A stretch of 14,513 bases of DNA from positions 1-14,513 of the forward strand of contig JBDGSL010000088.1 in assembly GCA_042217555.1 (NCBI GenBank), written 5' to 3'. This stretch comes from Candidatus Nanohalobium sp. (GTDB lineage Archaea > Nanohalarchaeota > Nanosalinia > Nanosalinales > Nanosalinaceae). The first letter of the stretch is position 1. Every line of letters begins with the position of its first letter. The notes below the pieces were generated by a model. It was not told where the DNA came from. It did no database searches and worked only from the letters and a program-made list of their open reading frames with translations. The position numbers were made by a program, and so were the translations under genes. Of the stretch, positions 8,639 to 14,513 are shown piece after piece.

Positions 8639-8728
8639 AGAAAAAATTATGTTCTCAAAAATTAAGTAAATCTGGAATAATAAGGAAAATTGGATTAATG
8701 AGAAAAAAGTAGGTAGCAAATATCTATT

Positions 8729-9679
8729 ATGGGAGATGAAGAAAGTATCTTGCCAGAGGAAGATGAAGATAAGATAATGAGTTCTTTAAACGATGTAATA
8801 TCTGGAATGACGGAAGAAGAAACCAAGATTACTGAAGCCATATCAGATTTTCAAGATACTGGAACTGAAGTATTGGGGAACTACATGGACTTACAGAAAT
8901 TCTCAGAGATGGAAGATGAGAAATCAGAAAGAGTGATGAACTCCATAAAACAAGGAATCACCTGGATTGATACTTTCAGGCTAACAATGGAGATGGATAG
9001 AGCAGAATACACTGATTATACTGATTTAATCACTGAAATTATAGAAGATGGAATTAAAAATGAATCAGAGGATACTGTCACTGCAATATATCATAGATCC
9101 TCTTACAAGGAGTTAACAAAACTATTTTCTGGATTTCAGGAGTTCTTTATTTACTCAAACCCGAGTAAGGAAGAAAGTGTAATAGAACTGAGAGATTCAA
9201 TTAAATCAGTGGTAGAAGGCCTTTACAAGCCAAACCTCAAGTTCATCAGAATGCTTTTGGAACCTGCCTCTGGAAAGGGACGGATTGGAGGAAATCAGAC
9301 GGTAGGAGGATTGATGTCTGAATTAGAGGATGATTCTCATGACTTCTCTGAGATCTTACTATGGAAGGCCTTAGAGGTTAAGAACTCTACAAGCCATCCA
9401 GATACTGATTTCCATGAGGAGAGAATAGAATTTCTAAATCCAGAAGACCTTACTGGAAAAGGAGTAGATAAAAATCAGCCTTATCTAACAAAGGAAGACT
9501 TAAAGGAAATACGAGGCGAGGTTATCCAGGTTTCTACAAGCCTTATGATAAGTCATAAGGAAATTTACTCAAGTAAACTATACGATGAGGAAAATTGGTA
9601 TTCCCAAGAAGAAATTGGTTTTCTATTAGCAACTTTGAACAATATGGACTTAGACATGTTTCAGGAAGAGCAAGAATAA
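8729..9679 (+). CDS. Acidic hypothetical protein with a HEPN-like motif, 316 aa
   Basis: Long ORF with acidic composition. LEVKNSTSHPDTDF resembles RxxxxH with K in place of R. The family call is tentative. Confidence 0.7.
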   Translation: MGDEESILPEEDEDKIMSSLNDVISGMTEEETKITEAISDFQDTGTEVLGNYMDLQKFSEMEDEKSERVMNSIKQGITWIDTFRLTMEMDRAEYTDYTDLITEIIEDGIKNESEDTVTAIYHRSSYKELTKLFSGFQEFFIYSNPSKEESVIELRDSIKSVVEGLYKPNLKFIRMLLEPASGKGRIGGNQTVGGLMSELEDDSHDFSEILLWKALEVKNSTSHPDTDFHEERIEFLNPEDLTGKGVDKNQPYLTKEDLKEIRGEVIQVSTSLMISHKEIYSSKLYDEENWYSQEEIGFLLATLNNMDLDMFQEEQE

Positions 9680-9808
9680 TCCCCAGAATTGTAACAATAA
9701 TTGCCAAGCCCCGAGAGAGCTAGATATTAGCCGTACAAACTCTCTGCTTGTCGTGTCTTGCCATACTCCTTCCTTCTGTTGGCTTTTCAAGTGAACATTG
9801 CCGTCAAG

Positions 9809-9818
9809 TTTTTAAATA
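9809..9818 (+). promoter_or_regulatory. Putative TATA box for the gene starting at 9848
   Basis: TTTTTAAATA lies 30-39 nt upstream of ATG 9848. Confidence 0.55.
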
Positions 9819-9847
9819 ACTACAGCACCTCACACACCACAACTCAA

Positions 9848-10564
9848 ATGAAATGAAAGGTCCGACTCGACGGAAACGAAAGAGGGCTGGAAACACTAGC
9901 CGAGAGCTTCACCGACGACCCCGAAGTATTCAAGGATGACGACAACTTCTTTCTCCGGAGCTCTCAATTCGAGGACCTCGAAGACGCCGATGAAGTACGA
10001 GATACCGCAGAGGAGATCGTCCGAACCATCCGAAACCTAGGAGCCAAAGACTCGCTAAGAACCGAGGACCTGCAGGCCTCTCACGTACACGAAATCAACG
10101 AGGACGGTACTGAGCACGTCACTGTTCGTGCAGAGAGCTCTACGGTCAAGATGAGAGCAGGTCCTGTCCGGGTGACCACAACAGATGAGGATGGGAACAA
10201 GAGTGTTCACAGGCCTGCTGATCGAACCTACGAATTGACTCAGCTGGCTGCTGAAGACGATAAGGTACGAGAATTGGTGGCCTTGATCGATAAAGGAGAC
10301 GACTGGGTGAACCTCTACCGACTCTACGAATTCATCCAGGCAAACATCGACGGAGACGAGAACATCGTTGACAGAGGCTGGTGGTCCAGCAACGAAAAAG
10401 ACCGGTTCAAACAGACCGCTAACAGCCGGGACGCAATCGGCGACAATGCCCGTCACGGCCAAGAAAGAATACCCGCACCAGACAACCCAATGACTTACTC
10501 AGACGCGAAGGCCTTAGTTGACTCACTCATCCGGGACTGGCTAAAACACAGAAGGGAGCTATAA
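9848..10564 (+). pseudogene. ~238-codon gene interrupted by an in-frame TGA at codon 3; possible HEPN-like C-terminus
   Basis: ATG AAA TGA AAG GTC CGA CTC... reads MK*KVRLDGNERGLETLAESFTDDPEVF... and continues without another stop into ORF 10151..10564 (DWVNLYRLYEFI, RFKQTANS...GDNARHG). Confidence 0.75.
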
Positions 10565-10609
10565 CTTCGCCGACCAAGCAAATAAATATCGAGACATCTG
10601 TGTCCAAGT

Positions 10610-10939
10610 ATGTCTATTCAAGGCACACTCAACATTTTGCTCCCATCGCTAATATCATCTGTATCGATTATCTTTGTTGCAGTTACGTTCTTTATTGGAC
10701 AATATGAAGAAAATAAGTATGATATCCCCGCTGAGCGATACGCAAAGTCAATCCGACTTATGAACTTAGCGTTAGCACCAGCAATATTATCACTGTGCTC
10801 TATCGGGATACACTCGCTTGGGATTGGTAATCATTGGACTATCCTGTTTGCCTGGGTTTTATTAGCAATGGAAGCTGTCGTTCTTGTGCTAAGTGTCATC
10901 TGGGTAAGCCACAGCACCCTAGATGGCGGCCTAATTTGA
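10610..10939 (+). CDS. Membrane protein with three predicted TM segments, 109 aa
   Basis: Three hydrophobic stretches, ATG start and AAATAAATA 22-30 nt upstream. Confidence 0.75.
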   Translation: MSIQGTLNILLPSLISSVSIIFVAVTFFIGQYEENKYDIPAERYAKSIRLMNLALAPAILSLCSIGIHSLGIGNHWTILFAWVLLAMEAVVLVLSVIWVSHSTLDGGLI

Positions 10940-10946
10940 TCAATCC

Positions 10947-11294
10947 ATGTTTGGAGATCAACCAGAAAAAATTCCAGACGCAGAGGCAGCAGAGCAGATA
11001 TTTGGTGATAGAGAAAAAGGAAAACTAGAGGAGGTGTATAAATCTGAAACCGGCCCGGATGGAGAGCCACTAGCTCACAAAGCAGCTAAAGACTTCTGCG
11101 ACCAAAATGGAGAGAACGAATACGAGATCCCCTCAGGCAGCTCCCCCGGAGAAACTGCTGGCGTGATAGGGTACATGATCTCCCAGCGAACTGACCTGAT
11201 GCCTAATGTGCTGGACGAGTCTATTAAAGATGGTCAGAAGAAACTAGCGTATATCTATTTTGGAAAGTGTGCTATGGAAAACGGCGACCACTAA
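10947..11294 (+). CDS. Hypothetical acidic protein, 115 aa
   Basis: Starts 7 nt after the membrane protein stop codon, so probably co-transcribed. Ends tail-to-tail with the uL15 fusion. Confidence 0.7.
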   Translation: MFGDQPEKIPDAEAAEQIFGDREKGKLEEVYKSETGPDGEPLAHKAAKDFCDQNGENEYEIPSGSSPGETAGVIGYMISQRTDLMPNVLDESIKDGQKKLAYIYFGKCAMENGDH

Positions 11295-11295
11295 T

Positions 11296-12258
11296 TCAGC
11301 CTCTAGCCTCCAGTCGATCCTGCACAAGGAACAGATACCGTTTTTGATTAGTTGAGACGATCTGATCTTGGGTCTCTTTGTCACCACCAAATACGTTATT
11401 ATCTGTCCGTCGAATTCGCTCCTCTCTCTCCTCCAAAATCCCCCGAATTTCTGAATAAGAAATCCGTTCCGGAAGACCCTTTGATACATCTTCCAAATAA
11501 GATTCGGATAGATCTACGTCGCTAAAATAGCTATCTAACAGATCATCAGCTATTTGCGCCTCAATTCCATAGTCCTCAGCCAGCTCTCTTAGATGGTATA
11601 AGCTGACAGCATCCCCTGCCGATATTGTATCCGATGATGAGTACTGCTCTAGAATAATATCTCGTACAGCCTCTAGCTCGCCCTCTTTCTGACCAATCTC
11701 CAGCAGTTGATCCACTTCATCGTACTGAAGCTTCTTTCCCTGCTCAACTATCGACTTTTTCTCCTCCAAGTACCCCTGAATGTTTCCCATATGTTCACCT
11801 ATACTAGTTGATTTTTTTATTGATGATTGGTCAGACGTTAGCGCCCTACCCCCAGCTTCCTCAATTTGCTGCACAGCAGGATCAGTGAACTCATCAGCAA
11901 TAACAACCAACTCCTGTCTAACCCGGCCATTACCCAACACTTTCACGCCAGCAGAATCTGGAGACTCCTCAACGACGTCACGTGCATCTATCCGATATCC
12001 AAATTCTGTTTGTTCAGCAACACCCTCCTCAACCCATAAAGCTACATTCTCATCTAATTCTCGAACTGTGATCTCATCAAACTCAACCGGGTTCGGTTGA
12101 GTAAATCCGTCTTTACCTAAAGGCTCGTAATTCTGCTGTTCATGTTTGTCTCTCCCGGCTCGTCCTCTACCTCCTCGATGGCCTGCACCCCGCCTGTTCT
12201 TATGACTACCGCCACCGTGAGTACGGGAGCCGCGCTGTCGACGTTTCTTGGTTGTCAT
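11296..12258 (-). CDS. Ribosomal protein uL15 (L15P) homolog fused to a ~180-aa unknown C-terminal domain, 320 aa
   Basis: Residues 1-140 (MTTKKRRQRGSRTHGGGSHKNRRGAGHRGGRGRAGRDKHE...EPLGKDGF...VRELDENV...VKVLGNGRVRQELVVIADEF...IEEAGG) match haloarchaeal uL15 over its whole length. The frame continues for 180 more codons. Confidence 0.92.
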   Translation of the reverse strand: MTTKKRRQRGSRTHGGGSHKNRRGAGHRGGRGRAGRDKHEQQNYEPLGKDGFTQPNPVEFDEITVRELDENVALWVEEGVAEQTEFGYRIDARDVVEESPDSAGVKVLGNGRVRQELVVIADEFTDPAVQQIEEAGGRALTSDQSSIKKSTSIGEHMGNIQGYLEEKKSIVEQGKKLQYDEVDQLLEIGQKEGELEAVRDIILEQYSSSDTISAGDAVSLYHLRELAEDYGIEAQIADDLLDSYFSDVDLSESYLEDVSKGLPERISYSEIRGILEEREERIRRTDNNVFGGDKETQDQIVSTNQKRYLFLVQDRLEARG

Positions 12259-12510
12259 ATGAGTTTTTAGGGTTTCTTCTGGGAACTTGAATATTGGTGG
12301 TCCATGGACATCTGTCTTCTGTCTAACCAGACTGCGTTTAAGCCAGTGGTGTACCTACCGCTATTTCCGTCTTGGTCAAACGGTGGCCAGCCATGGAGTA
12401 ACGTTCCCATTGTCCTCATGTGTTGCTTGGTTTAGTGGTTGGAAAAAGGTTTTCCCAACCTGTACATCTGAGTTGCTTAATATTCCGATGTCTCGAAGAG
12501 TCAGAACAGC

Positions 12511-14511
12511 CTATTCGGGAAGGTTTTCGATCTCGTTGAAGTCCCGAACTGGTCGAAATACTACGTTATCTGTCTGTAGGCCTTTCTCCTCCATCCTTTG
12601 CTGCAATCCCTGGAGGATTTCCTGGTTGCGGGCTGCGACCCAGACGATGAAGTCTTTCTCCAGATGCTTCTCGATGTGCTCTATTTCTCTTGGGTTGTCG
12701 CCCATCGCTACCTCGACCACAAGCTCGGCAGTGTCCATATTCACGTAGACGTCGGCATCGAATACCTCTGTCTCAGCGTACCAGCCTGCTTGTTCGAATG
12801 CTTCCTTGATTCGAGTTTGCCAGTACCTGTGAACGACTCCGCCTCGCCCCCTGTGTTTCGCTTCCAGATCTAGCTCCTCTTCGACGTACTGGCGGCCTTT
12901 CTTCGTCAATTCCAGCAACTTTCGACGTCCACTCTTTGTACGGACCTGCCTCTCGATCAGTACTCCTTCGTCAACGAGCTCGTCCTTGGCCTTGTTTCCC
13001 TTGTACCGGCTAGGAAATTCCCCGTATCGTTCAGTCAAGGGCCTAAACGGATTCTCGACCACGTCCTTCAGTAGGCGGTCTGCTTCGCTTGAAACGTTGA
13101 CTTCTCTTGAAGGATCTTCCGGAGTATCAGGCTCAGGTACCTCACCAGAACGACCTTCCAATATCTCAACTTCGAACTCAGGCGTCGTATCTCTTGGTTC
13201 GTGAGACATGTTGTTCCAGTTCTCGGCCTGGAGTTTCTGAAGTTCGCTATCAGAGATCTGCTTGTCTGCTTCGTGGTTATCGAGTTTGACCGGTACCGGG
13301 TCATGGTTTCCTGTTTGGACTACCGCCTCTCCTACCTCAAGCTCAGAGGCAAACTCCATCTGTCTCTCAGACAGGTTCATTGAGTCTGTGATTGCTTGGA
13401 ACTGCTTCCGGTCGCCTGTAGGCAGCAAAACTTTGGTGTACGTGTTCGCCTTGATAGAATCCGTCAACTTGCTTGCCTCCTGATCACCAACCACCAGGCC
13501 CTCACCGAACTTCCGCATCTTCGCCGTCAACTGATCAATCTCCGGAATACCAGCCGCATCCTGACGCTCCTTGTACACTGAGAAAACCTGCTTCCCTTCA
13601 TCCAAGAGAAACAAGTGCCGTAACTCGTCACCACGCATTCCCTGAGACAAACGGTACTCGTAGACACCAGCAAACAAAATCTCCATCAAAAAGTTCTGAA
13701 CATCCCTGCTGAGACCGTCAAACTCGAAAACCACCCTCCTATCTAGCAGCTCCTCTATCGTAGGACCCTGACTGCATTCGAAGACTGTACCTGCTGTAAG
13801 GTTCATCGCCTCCAACCGATTCAACAAACGATCCCTGTAATCCGCAGCAGTACGAACATAGCTCATCGAATCATTCTCAACCAGTACTTGTAGTTCGTGA
13901 AGGCCTGGATACGGCCCAGAAACCTCCTCAAACAAACCGTACAAGTCGTAGAGCTCAATGATCTTCTTCAACAAGTAATTCTTGGACCCCGAAAGTAGCG
14001 AAGTAGCGTGACCGAAAATTTCGGAGAAAACCTGAGCCCACCTACGAGGAGACACACCACTCGGAGGCCTCAACGGATTCAACTTCAACTCCGACCACGG
14101 CAACACCAGCAAATCATCTTCACGAGCCAAAGGCCTGTAATCCCGCTTCAAATCAAAAACCCAGCACGGAACACCAACCTGATCAAGCAGATTGAAAAAC
14201 AGAGTCGTCTTCCCCGAGCCCGACTGACCTACAGCCAACAAATGCCTCGTTAGATCGCTCTCAGAAAACCGGAAGCACCGGCCATCGAAGGTGTCTCCCA
14301 GCGTAATCCCTCCCGTGAAGGATCTCGATGCAAAAGGATACTCTGAGTTCTCAACTGCTCTCGCTGCAACTACTCGGGAAGCAACTTCCTGCAATACCTC
14401 ACTTCGAGACAGGCCAGAAGCCAGAACCAGCTTCCGTACCTCCTCTTCATCAAGAACGTCATATACTGACGGACATGGGTTTTGATAAGCTTCGACTCCA
14501 AGTGGGGATAT
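12511..14511 (-). CDS. HerA/FtsK/VirB4-superfamily ATPase with C-terminal wHTH and restriction-endonuclease-like domains; start uncertain
   Basis: HLLAVGQSGSGKTT (Walker A), VFDLKRDY, LFLLDEG (Walker B), MRKFGEGLVVGDQ, then LLELTKKG (wHTH wing) and HRYWQ...E..DADVYV...LVVEVA. The frame stays open upstream of TTG 14394 to the window edge. Confidence 0.85.
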   Translation of the reverse strand: MSPLGVEAYQNPCPSVYDVLDEEEVRKLVLASGLSRSEVLQEVASRVVAARAVENSEYPFASRSFTGGITLGDTFDGRCFRFSESDLTRHLLAVGQSGSGKTTLFFNLLDQVGVPCWVFDLKRDYRPLAREDDLLVLPWSELKLNPLRPPSGVSPRRWAQVFSEIFGHATSLLSGSKNYLLKKIIELYDLYGLFEEVSGPYPGLHELQVLVENDSMSYVRTAADYRDRLLNRLEAMNLTAGTVFECSQGPTIEELLDRRVVFEFDGLSRDVQNFLMEILFAGVYEYRLSQGMRGDELRHLFLLDEGKQVFSVYKERQDAAGIPEIDQLTAKMRKFGEGLVVGDQEASKLTDSIKANTYTKVLLPTGDRKQFQAITDSMNLSERQMEFASELEVGEAVVQTGNHDPVPVKLDNHEADKQISDSELQKLQAENWNNMSHEPRDTTPEFEVEILEGRSGEVPEPDTPEDPSREVNVSSEADRLLKDVVENPFRPLTERYGEFPSRYKGNKAKDELVDEGVLIERQVRTKSGRRKLLELTKKGRQYVEEELDLEAKHRGRGGVVHRYWQTRIKEAFEQAGWYAETEVFDADVYVNMDTAELVVEVAMGDNPREIEHIEKHLEKDFIVWVAARNQEILQGLQQRMEEKGLQTDNVVFRPVRDFNEIENLPE

Positions 14512-14513
14512 GA

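Noticed and set aside
8639..8719. N-terminal extension of the membrane ORF to TTG 8719
   Set aside because: It would occupy the AT-rich space needed for the divergent promoters.
10055..10462. 135-aa minus-strand ORF
   Set aside because: Antisense to the better supported 9848..10564 frame.
11296..12258. Reading this locus as part of a ribosomal protein operon
   Set aside because: No uL30, uS5 or secY adjacent, and the protein is about twice the normal length.
12287..14513. Multiple + strand ORFs including 12287..12748
   Set aside because: Mostly antisense to the motif-supported ATPase and without recognisable features.
1..14513. tRNA, rRNA, transposase or integrase
   Set aside because: None was recognisable by eye. 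Mobility is inferred only from composition and gene content.

Overview
Accessory, defence-island-like window from what is most likely a halophilic archaeon, inferred from the very acidic proteins, TATA boxes about 25-35 nt upstream of start codons and a Halobacteria-type uL15 sequence. The AT-rich left part (1-~9800) carries two tandem DUF262+DUF1524 (GmrSD/SspE-like) genes, a PD-(D/E)XK+DUF4268 nuclease, a CBS-like+HEPN protein, an Mrr-family endonuclease, a second HEPN-like protein and several orphans. No methyltransferase is visible. The more GC-rich right part (~9850-14513) carries a gene broken by an in-frame TGA at codon 3, a membrane-protein/small-protein pair, a HerA/FtsK-type ATPase fused to wHTH and nuclease-like domains, and a stand-alone ribosomal protein uL15 homolog fused to a ~180-aa unknown domain outside any ribosomal operon, which is the most unusual feature. 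Several intergenic gaps contain long imperfect hairpins, two of which share a 28-bp motif. All family calls come from motif recognition by eye; no searches were run.
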